From NCBI GenBank assembly GCA_963742415.1, contig CAVULX010000003.1, forward strand, positions 512,001-576,000: a stretch of DNA of 64,000 nt, in the 5' to 3' direction. The notes under the pieces are model-generated. The model was not told the DNA's origin and ran no database searches. It saw only the letters and a program-made list of their open reading frames with translations. The stretch comes from an uncultured Parachlamydiaceae bacterium (lineage in GTDB: Bacteria; Chlamydiota; Chlamydiia; Chlamydiales; Parachlamydiaceae). Below are positions 9,076 to 19,082 of the stretch, one piece after another. A program made the translations under genes and the position numbers. Position 1 is the stretch's first letter. Every line of letters starts with the position of its first letter.

Positions 9076-10290
9076 ATGAATAATAATATTAATCTGTATT
9101 TATCAAGCGAAGGGAATTCGTTTATTTTTTCAAAAAAAGATAAAAACTCTTCACAAGGAGAATTGCAACAACAAGCCCAGCAATGTAAAACACATCGAGC
9201 TGTGCTCGAATTTCTGAACAGTATTCGTGAAAAACAAGGTTTGTTTGAATTTAGACATGAACATAATTCCAACTATGATGGGCATAACTTAGATCTAGGT
9301 TTTGGATTGTACAAAGGCCAATCTCATGAATGCGAATACGACCAAATGGTTGAATTTGTAAAACAAAAGGTGACGGAAAACTACCAAAAAGTGACCCTTT
9401 ATTTAGGAAAAGATGGAAATTCTATTGAAGCTCAATTTAATAGGAGTAGGAGTACAGGTGTCTTTAGTAGAGCTGAATATATCACAGATAAAGATGGTTT
9501 GAGTGAAATTCATCCCCTTTTAGGCAAAGCTGCAGATTGCAAAACCCATTACGCGGCATTTCAATACTTTAAAGAGCTTCAAAATGAAACAGAATTGTTA
9601 AAACATATTAGTATCTATCACGATCATAATCGTCATTATTCAGATCATTATTTAGGTTTTTGTGGTATTAACATAGGTAAAGCTCATGAATGTGCCCATG
9701 ACAAATCCCTTGAATTTATTAAACAAAGAATAAGGATCAAAGATTTAGAAAGTGTAAAAGATATTTTTGATTACTTGGAAGAGATTCAACCAGAAGTCGA
9801 AGTTTCATTGTTGGGATCCAGAAGGCTAAAGTTTAAAGAATATTCGATTAGTTTAGAAAGATTGATGGATCTTATCCGAGAAGTGGCGGACAAAACGTTG
9901 TTTGGTAAAACTCAATTTTTAACTCGCAAGGATAGACCTAAAGAAGATTTAAATAATGATGAAGAGTATCAGGAGCGCAATCAATTAGCACTTAATCTAA
10001 CCGAAAAGGTTCGTGGCTATTTTACCGCTTCTGAACGAAAGTTACGACAACGCAATAAATTCACAAAAATTTTAGCTAGTTTGAGAAATTTTAACAGGCC
10101 ATTGCAGCATAATGGAGACACAAGTATTGAATCAGTTTTTGGTATCATGCAAAGAAGATTAGGCCTTCAAGAATATGAGCAATGTATCAAGGTGGATCCT
10201 AAGAAGCCTATTCAACAAGAACTTGAAAAACTAGAAAAAATCCTAAAACTCTCAGAGAAAGAATTTATTATTTCTTTTTTTAACGTTTAA
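9076..10290 (+). CDS. Hypothetical protein with a duplicated Cys/His-rich domain
   Basis: 404 aa ORF; two repeats of LYL..GNS...CKTH...HxH...H...HEC. Confidence 0.75.
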   Translation: MNNNINLYLSSEGNSFIFSKKDKNSSQGELQQQAQQCKTHRAVLEFLNSIREKQGLFEFRHEHNSNYDGHNLDLGFGLYKGQSHECEYDQMVEFVKQKVTENYQKVTLYLGKDGNSIEAQFNRSRSTGVFSRAEYITDKDGLSEIHPLLGKAADCKTHYAAFQYFKELQNETELLKHISIYHDHNRHYSDHYLGFCGINIGKAHECAHDKSLEFIKQRIRIKDLESVKDIFDYLEEIQPEVEVSLLGSRRLKFKEYSISLERLMDLIREVADKTLFGKTQFLTRKDRPKEDLNNDEEYQERNQLALNLTEKVRGYFTASERKLRQRNKFTKILASLRNFNRPLQHNGDTSIESVFGIMQRRLGLQEYEQCIKVDPKKPIQQELEKLEKILKLSEKEFIISFFNV

Positions 10291-10335
10291 CGCCTACTTA
10301 AACTCGAATGATAATTACATTTTTGATTATTCGTT

Positions 10336-11160
10336 ATGAATGCGGCTTCTATTTTGATAAATTCGGTCAGACCTTATTACGATGAAATAAAGACATTTGG
10401 TTCCAATAAAAAGGTATCCAAAGTTGTTTCCATCGCCTTGGAAGTGATGTTAAGGTTGGGGCATGCCTTCGCCGTTAATATGGCTTTTCGTTGGGCTTTT
10501 ACGATTTTTTTTGTGCCCAAACGGACCGTCTTTTCTTCTTTATTGCTTACTTCCGCCACTTTATACCTGGTTTCAAGAATTGCCGAATGTTATTTCAAGC
10601 CAAGTAAAATAAAGGCAATGGAACAAGCCTCCACCCAAGCAATCCTCGTTAATACTATCGCATTGCCCTTTAACACCTATGTCCATGAATGGGGTCATAA
10701 AGCAGCGGCTTTATCGACTTTTATCAATTCCGCACCAAAAATTCTCTTTAAATGGGGAGAAGGGAAGACGACGTATGCGATTTCCTATGGGTTAACACCT
10801 TTTGGAACTTTTTTGGGGAAACAGAATGCACTTCTTTTTATTACTGCTGCAGGGCTTTATGCTCCTACCATCGGAACCATTTCTTCGTTTGCCTTGAGTC
10901 ACATCTTGGTCAACTCCCATCCCCTTTTCAGCAATATTTTGACAGACATAGGTTTTAGCCAACTGGGCCAAATATTGGCCTATGGCCTCCCTACCTTAAT
11001 GCAAAAAGGAGTCTCTTGGGATTTGGAGAACGATTTTATTAAATTATGGCATGTGGGAGGAGTTCATCCCCTCGTGATGATGGCTTGTTTGCTGGCAATC
11101 CCTGTCACAGAGTACTGCATCCTGAAATGGACTAATAATTCCAGGGATAGCGGTAATTGA
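10336..11160 (+). CDS. Membrane metallopeptidase-like protein (M50-like)
   Basis: VHEWGH (HExxH) in hydrophobic context, downstream AAG and NDF motifs. Confidence 0.65.
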   Translation: MNAASILINSVRPYYDEIKTFGSNKKVSKVVSIALEVMLRLGHAFAVNMAFRWAFTIFFVPKRTVFSSLLLTSATLYLVSRIAECYFKPSKIKAMEQASTQAILVNTIALPFNTYVHEWGHKAAALSTFINSAPKILFKWGEGKTTYAISYGLTPFGTFLGKQNALLFITAAGLYAPTIGTISSFALSHILVNSHPLFSNILTDIGFSQLGQILAYGLPTLMQKGVSWDLENDFIKLWHVGGVHPLVMMACLLAIPVTEYCILKWTNNSRDSGN

Positions 11161-11260
11161 TCGCTAATAAGAGTATTAAGGCGATAATAATGAGGAAAAT
11201 GAAGGCAGCAGAAAGTTGTCCCGATGATAAAGGCCTTTGCCTTCTAAATCTCCTTCTCAT
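11132..11260 (-). CDS. Putative 42-aa single-pass membrane protein
   Basis: Hand translation MRRRFRRQRPLSSGQLSAAFIFLIIIALILLLAINYRYPWNY*; fills the intergenic gap. Confidence 0.4.
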   Translation of the reverse strand: MRRRFRRQRPLSSGQLSAAFIFLIIIALILLLAINYRYPWNY

Positions 11261-11303
11261 ATGATCGTCCCACAATTCGCTTAAGCCATTGACAAAAAGT
11301 CTC

Positions 11304-11726
11304 TTAAGGCTGCGATATAAAAAACTCGCGGATCCCTACGGCGACGGCGGTACCGATGAAGAGGAAGGGGGTCGCAATAAATAGAGCGAGCACAGTTCCA
11401 CCTAAGATGAGGCTTTTGACAATTCCATATTTCTCGAGATATCTCGGATAGTTTTTAAGTCTATTTGAGATCTCGGGAGCAAAATAAAGTCCAAAGATCA
11501 CGCCGATGAGGGTTGCTCCGTACCAAGGGGGTTCGAGGAATAATAACAATAGGCCGACAACTATGAGAACATAGGCGATCGTATCTCGCACATTGTTGGT
11601 GGCATAATTGTAGATTTCTTCCACCTTTTCATGTTTTTTGAAATTTTCAATGGAATCGCTCAGTTTATCTTTGAAAGATTTCTTGTCATCTTTATTCTGA
11701 GGATCTCCTGAAGGGGTATTTGTCAT
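11304..11726 (-). CDS. Hypothetical membrane protein
   Basis: 140 aa, two hydrophobic hairpins, SD AAGGAG. Confidence 0.75.
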   Translation of the reverse strand: MTNTPSGDPQNKDDKKSFKDKLSDSIENFKKHEKVEEIYNYATNNVRDTIAYVLIVVGLLLLFLEPPWYGATLIGVIFGLYFAPEISNRLKNYPRYLEKYGIVKSLILGGTVLALFIATPFLFIGTAVAVGIREFFISQP

Positions 11727-11742
11727 TCTTTTCTCCTTAAAA

Positions 11743-11994
11743 TCATTGATTCAAATTTGGGTCATCTTGATTGATGATGGGAAAGGTTGTATTGGCCGCA
11801 CGCTGCAACTGGTTCCAGTAGCCTCGGTCGAGCCAACCATAGCTCCCATTCCAGAAATAGCAAAACCAAATTACTCCCCAGATCGGAAGCAATATATAGG
11901 TTAAAATAAGCCAGCGGGGGACAGAATTTTCATAGCTGGAAATCCTTTCATCTCCATACTCTTCGATAGAGGTTTTCTCATTCTTCACCGTCAT
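11743..11994 (-). CDS. Stand-alone cbb3 oxidase CcoP/FixP N-terminal domain protein
   Basis: ISSYENSVPRWLILTYILLPIWG matches I.EYDNPLPRW; no CxxCH. Confidence 0.75.
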   Translation of the reverse strand: MTVKNEKTSIEEYGDERISSYENSVPRWLILTYILLPIWGVIWFCYFWNGSYGWLDRGYWNQLQRAANTTFPIINQDDPNLNQ

Positions 11995-12244
11995 CTCCCT
12001 TATTTTCTGGCGGAAGCTTGTCCAGGTCGCCCTGATCTTCTTCCATCATTCTTATTTTAGGTTCTTCATCCATGTCAAGCTTTCCTTTTTTCCATAGGTA
12101 TAAAAAAGCTAAAAAAGCGCTGCCGACAAAAGCAAGTATGAAAGCGTAATGGACTAAGCTGCCGCATTCTCCGCTCGCATCTAATCCTTCCGATGCTGCA
12201 ATGTACTGCAAAGCTCTTATCTTCATATGCATACCCAAACTCAT
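11978..12244 (-). CDS. CcoS/CcoQ-like small membrane protein
   Basis: One TM followed by LWKKGKLDMDEEPKIRMMEED, resembling the CcoS W...GQFDD.E motif. Confidence 0.55.
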   Translation of the reverse strand: MSLGMHMKIRALQYIAASEGLDASGECGSLVHYAFILAFVGSAFLAFLYLWKKGKLDMDEEPKIRMMEEDQGDLDKLPPENKGDDGEE

Positions 12245-13530
12245 TTTATTTTCCTTTTTCCTTCAATGATGGCTTTTGTGTCTATGGGATCTTTTCCTAG
12301 CCACCAAGCTTCTGTTGGAGGGGTAATCCGGGTCCCTTTGGTCATCAAATATTGGTAGAGGGCTTCAAATTGGTGGTTAGGGACACCGATAAGCGAGCGG
12401 GATGAACCCCGAGGGTCGTTATCAAAAAAATGTTTAAAAGAAGGCATGATAGAACCTGCGCTCGCCGTTTTGGGGGACCAGAAGTGCCCTTTATGCCAAT
12501 CGCGGCTAGGGCGTTTGATCCCGGTCCTTGAAAGGTCGGGCCCGATCCGGCGGGTACCTGGGAAGGTGATCTTCTGAAAAATATATTCATTTGCTGAGGA
12601 GGGGGGAGCGGGGTAAGCAGCCGAGCCGTTTAGAACGACATCTTGCACGAGCGTCCTCGTTTGATCTGTATGGCAATACCAGCACCCTTCAATAGCGAAT
12701 AGGTGCTCCCCCATGCTAATGAGGTCTGCCCTTGAGAGAAATCCGAGGGGGTGCTCGCGCAATTGCTGTAAGTTTGTGATCTTTTGCCCGTTAGGATCAT
12801 AGCGCCATCCCTCTTCTTTGCCGAAAGTGAAATGGGAAACGCGGTATTCTTTAGGATTATTAATGTAGATTAAACCTGGGCTGTTATGATAAGGCTGTTG
12901 GAGTGTTCCATCCAAGATTTTATATTCGGAATCGACCCAGTTTTCGATGATCCCGTCGACGGGGGCGTTGGCAAATGCCTCTGTACCTCCCGGTTCGTAG
13001 AGTTCTAGGATTTCGAAATCAGGCTTGAGAAGACCCTGCTCCTTCCATTGGGGATTTTCTTTTTCCCATTTTTCCCTGTTGGCGCGTTGGATTTTTTCAG
13101 CTTTTTGCATGGGATCAAAGGGAGCCCCTGGAGCGGCTTGAGACGGAGAGCGCAGCATGAGGAGATGGGAGGTGAGTTTTAATTGGGGATCCTCCTCGCG
13201 TGTGACAAATTTTTCGAGTTCGGGGGGTGCGATAATTTTAAAAACATCGCTTTCATGAAAAGCTAAAAGGGTAAAACCCTCTTTAAGGTGATAGACGAAT
13301 TGCAATTCGGAACCCCCGCTTAAAGCGCTTCCGATGTAAAGGTTTGGATCGGAGACCTCATACATTTGCACTTGATAAGAGCTTGTGGGTTGTGTCCAGG
13401 TGGGGTCTATATAACTTGGCGCCACCAAAACAACCCCTATAGAAGCTGAAAAAAGCAAAATAATTCCGATCACAGTGAAGATTGCCGATTTATCAAGCGT
13501 GTGGATGAAGCTGTGGTTGTGTTCTGCCAT
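12241..13530 (-). CDS. ccoO: cbb3-type cytochrome c oxidase subunit II (enlarged, 429 aa)
   Basis: EGCWYCHTDQTR, GTRRIGPDLSR, WHKGHF.SP, SIMPSF; start at MAEHNH just after the ccoN stop. Confidence 0.9.
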   Translation of the reverse strand: MAEHNHSFIHTLDKSAIFTVIGIILLFSASIGVVLVAPSYIDPTWTQPTSSYQVQMYEVSDPNLYIGSALSGGSELQFVYHLKEGFTLLAFHESDVFKIIAPPELEKFVTREEDPQLKLTSHLLMLRSPSQAAPGAPFDPMQKAEKIQRANREKWEKENPQWKEQGLLKPDFEILELYEPGGTEAFANAPVDGIIENWVDSEYKILDGTLQQPYHNSPGLIYINNPKEYRVSHFTFGKEEGWRYDPNGQKITNLQQLREHPLGFLSRADLISMGEHLFAIEGCWYCHTDQTRTLVQDVVLNGSAAYPAPPSSANEYIFQKITFPGTRRIGPDLSRTGIKRPSRDWHKGHFWSPKTASAGSIMPSFKHFFDNDPRGSSRSLIGVPNHQFEALYQYLMTKGTRITPPTEAWWLGKDPIDTKAIIEGKRKIK

Positions 13531-13532
13531 AG

Positions 13533-14993
13533 TTATGCTTTTACCTGTATTAATCGATCTTCCTCTTTTGCTGGCTTCAATACAATGGTGTTGAAGACAT
13601 TCACGACGAAGAGGATGTTTGCAAATAAGATGATAAGGCCTCCGACGCCCCGTAAAATCCACCAAGTGCGCATGTCAGCGACAGTCTGCAAGAAGGGGAG
13701 AACCGTTAAGTTGCGATGAAATTGTTCATAAGTATATCCATCTGCCCAGGTGGCCCATTGCATCCCTTGAAAAAATCCCCCGACCCATAAAGCAAACAGG
13801 AAAGGGACGCTTCCCAATAGGTTTAGGCCGAAATGCCAATCTGCCAAGCTTTGGGACCAGAGGGGCTTTTTGGTGATCACCGGGATGGCTTGGTAAATGC
13901 CGGCGATAGCAAAAAAGGTGAAAGTGGCGTACAGGGAGATGTGGGAATGGCCGATCACCCAATCGGTCTTGGATGTGATTTCATTGATATTTCGCATGGC
14001 CATTAAAGGACCTTGTATGCAGGTCAACAAATAGAAAATATTTCCCATCATCAGGAAGCGGATAGGGGCGCTTTGGGTATATTCCGCCCACTGCGGCTTG
14101 AGGGTATAAAAGAGGTTGCTGACGACAGTCCAAACAGGGATAAACAGCCAGATTGAAAAGACGATCGCAGTAGTTTGGAGCCATTGTGAAATCGGGCCAT
14201 GGATCATATGGTGGGCGCCGATCCAGGCATATACGAAGGCAATTGACCAGAAGCCGATCATCGAAAGTTTATGGCTGTATATGGGAGTGTTGGCCAACTT
14301 GGGGAGAAAATAGTACGCTTGGGCTAGTCCCATTGGAGTAAAGATCAAACCCACGAGATTATGCACATAAAACCAGCTCACATTCACTCTAGAAATTCCA
14401 CCCGGAACTAAATTGATGACGTAGTAGCCGACAATTACAGTGAATGTTGTCCAGATCATTGTCCCCATGGTGTACCATAAAGAGACATACATTTTTTCAT
14501 ATTTGCGGGTGGCAATCGTCATGAATAAGTTTACGGCAACCAAAATCCAAGCCGCTGTAAATATGAGTTTGATGGGAAAGAACCCGACGAAAACGGGCAG
14601 TTCTGCATATTCCCATCCGAAGTTGGTTCCCCAGGGGTAGGAGTAATTGCCAACGGTGAGGGAAAACCACCATAAGGCTGCTGAGACATAGGCCATGCGG
14701 GAGCTCCAGAGGGGAACTCCGCAGAGGCGGGGAACAAAGTAATAAAAGAGCGCGATATCAGCCGAGAGGAGCCAATTGAGGGTTACGTTGGCTACGTGGA
14801 CCGGGCGGACCCTTCCAAAGTGGACATATTCCCCTGAAAAATAATCGGGCCAGACAAAGGTGTTGAAGGCGATATAGACCCCCACAGACATGCCTAAAAT
14901 CATAAAAATGATAGCTGGGTAGAGCATGACTTTAACAGGTGTGTCGTCATATATTGTTGGAGGAGGTGATACTGCGGCCGTGCTTGTTGTCAT
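13533..14993 (-). CDS. ccoN: cbb3-type cytochrome c oxidase subunit I
   Basis: FGRVRPVH, WEYAELP, MYVSLWY, WFYVHNLVG, YAWIGAHH, TDWVIGHSH. Confidence 0.95.
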   Translation of the reverse strand: MTTSTAAVSPPPTIYDDTPVKVMLYPAIIFMILGMSVGVYIAFNTFVWPDYFSGEYVHFGRVRPVHVANVTLNWLLSADIALFYYFVPRLCGVPLWSSRMAYVSAALWWFSLTVGNYSYPWGTNFGWEYAELPVFVGFFPIKLIFTAAWILVAVNLFMTIATRKYEKMYVSLWYTMGTMIWTTFTVIVGYYVINLVPGGISRVNVSWFYVHNLVGLIFTPMGLAQAYYFLPKLANTPIYSHKLSMIGFWSIAFVYAWIGAHHMIHGPISQWLQTTAIVFSIWLFIPVWTVVSNLFYTLKPQWAEYTQSAPIRFLMMGNIFYLLTCIQGPLMAMRNINEITSKTDWVIGHSHISLYATFTFFAIAGIYQAIPVITKKPLWSQSLADWHFGLNLLGSVPFLFALWVGGFFQGMQWATWADGYTYEQFHRNLTVLPFLQTVADMRTWWILRGVGGLIILFANILFVVNVFNTIVLKPAKEEDRLIQVKA

Positions 14994-17900
14994 GGGGTTC
15001 CTTTCTCTTTGTTAAATTCTGCTAATAACTGGTTTTGCTTTTGCCTGGAACGAACAGCGTCTTCAAAACCGGTGACCACCCTTTTTTTTATTTTTAAATA
15101 GGAGGAGATTTGGTTGTTGAGAGCTGTAAGTTCGTTTATTTTGTCTTGTGAAGCGAGTTTACCTTCGACAATTAATTTTCTAGCTTCTAATTCTGTTATT
15201 TTTCCATTTAAGTCATCGATAATTTGTTTTTCTAACTCAGTTAAAGTTTTTTCCTTTTCAGGATCTAGCGAAGCATTCAATTTACCATCGTTGAATGTAT
15301 AAACCATTGTTTTTAATTTTACTAACTTTAGTAGATCGTTAAAGTCTTTCTTATCATCCAGTTTGAGCAAAGCTAGTCCAATTCCTTGATAAATTTCCTG
15401 TTCGGAAGCAATTTCGGTTTTTAAATTTGTGAGCAATGAATCTAATTTCTGCTGTTTTTTCAGTTCTGAGAGGTTATTAAGCTCTTGTTGATAAATTTCT
15501 AAAGATTCATGGGACAACCCTTGTTGGGAGTTGATTTCGTCGTAAAGCCGCTCCCTTTTGGCTTGCAGGTTTTTGTGCATCTCTTGAGCTTTTGCGAGAG
15601 TAGGGTAGAGCTGGATTCGGGCATTTTCTACTGTCAAAATCCCGTTTTCGTAGCTTGCATATAAAGCGCTAAAAAGCTCTTCCCGAAGGTGTAGCTCTTG
15701 AGTTAGAGAACGGATGTAGATGACGAGTTGAAGCCGTTGAAGGGAGTTTGTTAAATCCCCCCACGGGGTCATTGCTGTGCCTGGAACCCCATATTTAATC
15801 GAACGGAGCAGCCTTAAATCGTCGCGGGTTAAGCTCCAATCCAGATTAGTTAGCATGCGGGGTTTAGCGTCTTTCATGGCGCTTGCACGGAGGCCTGTTC
15901 CATCGGCATCATGCCCATGGCAGATGGAGCAATTGAGTTGAAAGAAGGCATCTCCTTGGTCGATGTTTTCTTGGGTAAAGTATTTTTTCTTGATGTAATA
16001 AGCATATTTTTCTGGGCCGTTCGGATTAGGGACGACATCAAAGACGTCACTTACTTTAAGATTTTCCTCCTCCTCATTGCTTGGAGAGGGAACAGGCTTT
16101 AAAGAAGCGTAATACCCTTTTCCTGAGGGGACGAGACTTCGCAGTAGATCCAGAGATTCCGAATTCAGGCTTGAATGGGGGTTGAGGTCTTCCTCTTTCC
16201 CACTTTTGAGTTTGTTCCCCTCCTCTTCGAGTTCCTTTAGCACATCTTCAGGGGTGTAGTTCCATTTGGGGACATCTTGCGCACCCCTAATGACGTTTCC
16301 TCCTGGAAGCGAAGAAAACATCCAATCCACTAACCGTTTGATTTCAGATTGGTTTAGGACAGGGATATTGTCCATCATCGGCTTATGGGCAGCCACCTCT
16401 CCCCAGGGGGGCATTGGAGTCCCTTTGACCCCGTGTGTGATTGAGTTAATGACCCTTTCTTTTGTCAGATTTCTAAGAAAATCGGTATTTCTCAAATTTT
16501 TAGGTATAGGATAAATCCATTCCGCAACCGGGCCATTCCCTTGCATGAACTCCCCGTGGCATTGGGAACAATGGATTTGGAAAGCTTGGGCTGGATTGAA
16601 GCCCCGATGTTCCCAGATGGCCTTGATCTCATCCCGGTTGTGCTTCCCAAGGACATCCAGCATGTTGGTCAGAGCATAAAATTTTGTGTCATCGAAAGGC
16701 ATGACGGGCATAATCGAGCGGGGGACATGGCTTGCGGGATTGTGAAAGTGTTCCATGAGCCATTCGTCGGTGCGGTAAACTCCCGACCAATTAGGTCTGG
16801 GACCAATCACTCTTCCCAGTCCGTACTCCTGAATGAACATCATTAACACGTTGTGGACCCGCTCTTTCCATTGTTGAAGGTCGGCCTCGATTTGGGCCTT
16901 TTCTTGCGGATCTTTTGCCGCTGCGGCTTTCAATTGAGATGCGTGGTTCTTGGCTCTGGCCGCATATTTAAAGCTTGTGTAGAGCGATTCAACTTGCCCT
17001 GGAACAATTTGATCGATCTCTTCAATGATCGAGCCTTGGCGTACATCAGGGGTAATATGTTGGTCTATTTCAGCAGCATGGGCGTCAAGAGTTTTGACAA
17101 GCTCGCTTCCGATAATGGTCTCTGGGAATAGGTTTTTAAACCACTCATGCTCTTGGTATAGATCATCGAAATTCAGGTTCCCCTTTTTTTCTTTTTCGAT
17201 GTTAAAGCCGACATTAGACTCAAACCCTTTTAACCGATGGCAAGCCGAGCATCCCTCTGTGGCAAAGACCAGCATGGCATAGCGGAGATCTTTGATTTTT
17301 CCGGCGGGAATAGCCTTTTCCCAAGGAAGTTTTTTTCCTGCTTCCCATTCTTGGATGGTTGTCTTGTAAGCGGTTTCTGAAATAGCCTTTCGATCTCCTG
17401 TTTGAGCGAGAAGAAATGTGACGAGATCTTCTAGGTCTTCGTGATCCATTTTATAGTTGGGCATGGTTGAAGTAGGGAGGTCGGCTTGAGGCCAAACGAT
17501 TGATTCTTTGATGAACCAGGGGTAGCTTTTCCCCTCCCTCGTTAATTCCGGGCCGACGCCTCCCCGGGCAAAACCTGCAATCCGGTGGCAGGCTCCGCAA
17601 GCTTGGGAAATGTAAAGCTGCTCCCCTCGATGATAGTTTTTTGTTAACAGATCTACTTCAGAGGCCATTTCTGAAACGACTTTTTGATCATTTACGACTT
17701 TTTGAAAGGATGTTTCGGTGTCTCTGAGATGCTGCATGATCTCTTTTTCTAGCTGCAGCTTTTCCATTTTTACAAAGATAGAGCCTTTTCCGGGGTCGCT
17801 TTGATGTTCCTTAAGGAACATATTGATGGTTTGATCAGCGGCGCCTTTCTCTTTTGCTTGATTGACAAGCGCTTGCGTCAGCTGTGGGGAACCCAAGATG

Positions 17901-19063
17901 TTTGTTATCGCTTGTTCGATCTGCCTTTTAGCTCCTTCTGAGCTAGAGCTGGTTTTACTCAGATATTGCGATTGTGCATTAAATTGGTCTTGCTCTTTTT
18001 GCGGGAGGGTGAAATCTTGCGATTTGCTTTGAACCTCATTAAGAGACTGTTCGTAGCCGATTTGTTCTATGCGGATGAGAAGATTTAATAATGCCGCCAA
18101 CGCATTTTTTTCGTCGTCAAAAGCCACCTGCACCGCATTTGAAATTTTTCCCCGTTTTTCCACCACGTTTCCGGCGAAGTTCGCTGCTCCAAAGAGTGTG
18201 GATGCGCTGTCTTGGTGGCAATTCATACATTTTGCTTGAATCAGGGCGTTAACTAAGATAGGGGTCGTCTGAAAAAGAAGCTCATGGCCAGGTTTGTTAT
18301 TGAATACTCTGGCAAAGAGGGGATCATTGTCAGGATCTTGTTCGGTAAAAATGGGTTTCGGTCCCATGAATTCCGGTTCATAATCTCCATCGAAAATAGG
18401 ACCATGAGCTTTTTCTGTGGTTAAACCGCGGCCGTTTCCGCTGTGGCATGAAGTGCACCCAAATTCCGATATAGGGTGATATTCAAAAGGGCGAGTTTCC
18501 ATCCCCATCAAGGGGTGCATCTGCAAGACTTTTGTGACGTCGTAAACGTGATCCCCTACATGGGCTGTTTTGAGATCTTTATAAGCTTTGGCTTGAGCCA
18601 ATCGAGCTGAGACCTGGTCCCCTTTTCCACTCTCTTCCAATTCTTGATTCTTTTTTTGATCGGTGAGTTTTTCTATTTCTTCATCCAAACGCAGCCATAC
18701 ATAATTTTCGTTGGGGATTTGAATGGGCTTCCCTTCGGCATCCCGTTCAATGTTGCCATTGACATTCATAGCAATTTTTGTAGGGGAAAAATGGGGAAAC
18801 TGCAAGGCCACGTGGCAAGAGGTGCATCGATCAATGATGGGGGGCCCTTTATCTTCACGCTCTAAGACAATTTGTTTCACCTCTGTCTTGAAATCGGGGG
18901 GAGATTCCCCCGTGTAGGAGGAGCGAAATCTTTCTAAAGAGATGTAGTCCTCTTGATAAATTTTGTATTCAGGGAAAATTTCCCGGCTCAAAAAAGCTCC
19001 AAACAGGACCGTAGCTACGATGCCAGCAGCGATAAGAGAGTATTGATAGATTTCTGCGCGCAT
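14990..19063 (-). CDS. Large membrane-anchored multiheme cytochrome c (7 CxxCH)
   Basis: N-terminal TM; CTSCH, CTSCH, CMNCH, CGACH, CSACH, CSQCH, CSICH; C-terminal coiled-coil-like region. Confidence 0.9.
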   Translation of the reverse strand: MRAEIYQYSLIAAGIVATVLFGAFLSREIFPEYKIYQEDYISLERFRSSYTGESPPDFKTEVKQIVLEREDKGPPIIDRCTSCHVALQFPHFSPTKIAMNVNGNIERDAEGKPIQIPNENYVWLRLDEEIEKLTDQKKNQELEESGKGDQVSARLAQAKAYKDLKTAHVGDHVYDVTKVLQMHPLMGMETRPFEYHPISEFGCTSCHSGNGRGLTTEKAHGPIFDGDYEPEFMGPKPIFTEQDPDNDPLFARVFNNKPGHELLFQTTPILVNALIQAKCMNCHQDSASTLFGAANFAGNVVEKRGKISNAVQVAFDDEKNALAALLNLLIRIEQIGYEQSLNEVQSKSQDFTLPQKEQDQFNAQSQYLSKTSSSSEGAKRQIEQAITNILGSPQLTQALVNQAKEKGAADQTINMFLKEHQSDPGKGSIFVKMEKLQLEKEIMQHLRDTETSFQKVVNDQKVVSEMASEVDLLTKNYHRGEQLYISQACGACHRIAGFARGGVGPELTREGKSYPWFIKESIVWPQADLPTSTMPNYKMDHEDLEDLVTFLLAQTGDRKAISETAYKTTIQEWEAGKKLPWEKAIPAGKIKDLRYAMLVFATEGCSACHRLKGFESNVGFNIEKEKKGNLNFDDLYQEHEWFKNLFPETIIGSELVKTLDAHAAEIDQHITPDVRQGSIIEEIDQIVPGQVESLYTSFKYAARAKNHASQLKAAAAKDPQEKAQIEADLQQWKERVHNVLMMFIQEYGLGRVIGPRPNWSGVYRTDEWLMEHFHNPASHVPRSIMPVMPFDDTKFYALTNMLDVLGKHNRDEIKAIWEHRGFNPAQAFQIHCSQCHGEFMQGNGPVAEWIYPIPKNLRNTDFLRNLTKERVINSITHGVKGTPMPPWGEVAAHKPMMDNIPVLNQSEIKRLVDWMFSSLPGGNVIRGAQDVPKWNYTPEDVLKELEEEGNKLKSGKEEDLNPHSSLNSESLDLLRSLVPSGKGYYASLKPVPSPSNEEEENLKVSDVFDVVPNPNGPEKYAYYIKKKYFTQENIDQGDAFFQLNCSICHGHDADGTGLRASAMKDAKPRMLTNLDWSLTRDDLRLLRSIKYGVPGTAMTPWGDLTNSLQRLQLVIYIRSLTQELHLREELFSALYASYENGILTVENARIQLYPTLAKAQEMHKNLQAKRERLYDEINSQQGLSHESLEIYQQELNNLSELKKQQKLDSLLTNLKTEIASEQEIYQGIGLALLKLDDKKDFNDLLKLVKLKTMVYTFNDGKLNASLDPEKEKTLTELEKQIIDDLNGKITELEARKLIVEGKLASQDKINELTALNNQISSYLKIKKRVVTGFEDAVRSRQKQNQLLAEFNKEKGTP

Positions 19064-19082
19064 CTATGATCCTTGTCGTGTG

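Noticed and set aside
13531-13665. N-terminal extension of ccoO in the ORF track
   Set aside because: Overlaps ccoN by >130 nt; the ATG at 13530 directly follows the ccoN stop
13533-14993. Nitric oxide reductase NorB instead of CcoN
   Set aside because: Has the C-family helix-VII Tyr and ccoO/ccoS/ccoP-N neighbours; lacks the NOR HLWVEG motif
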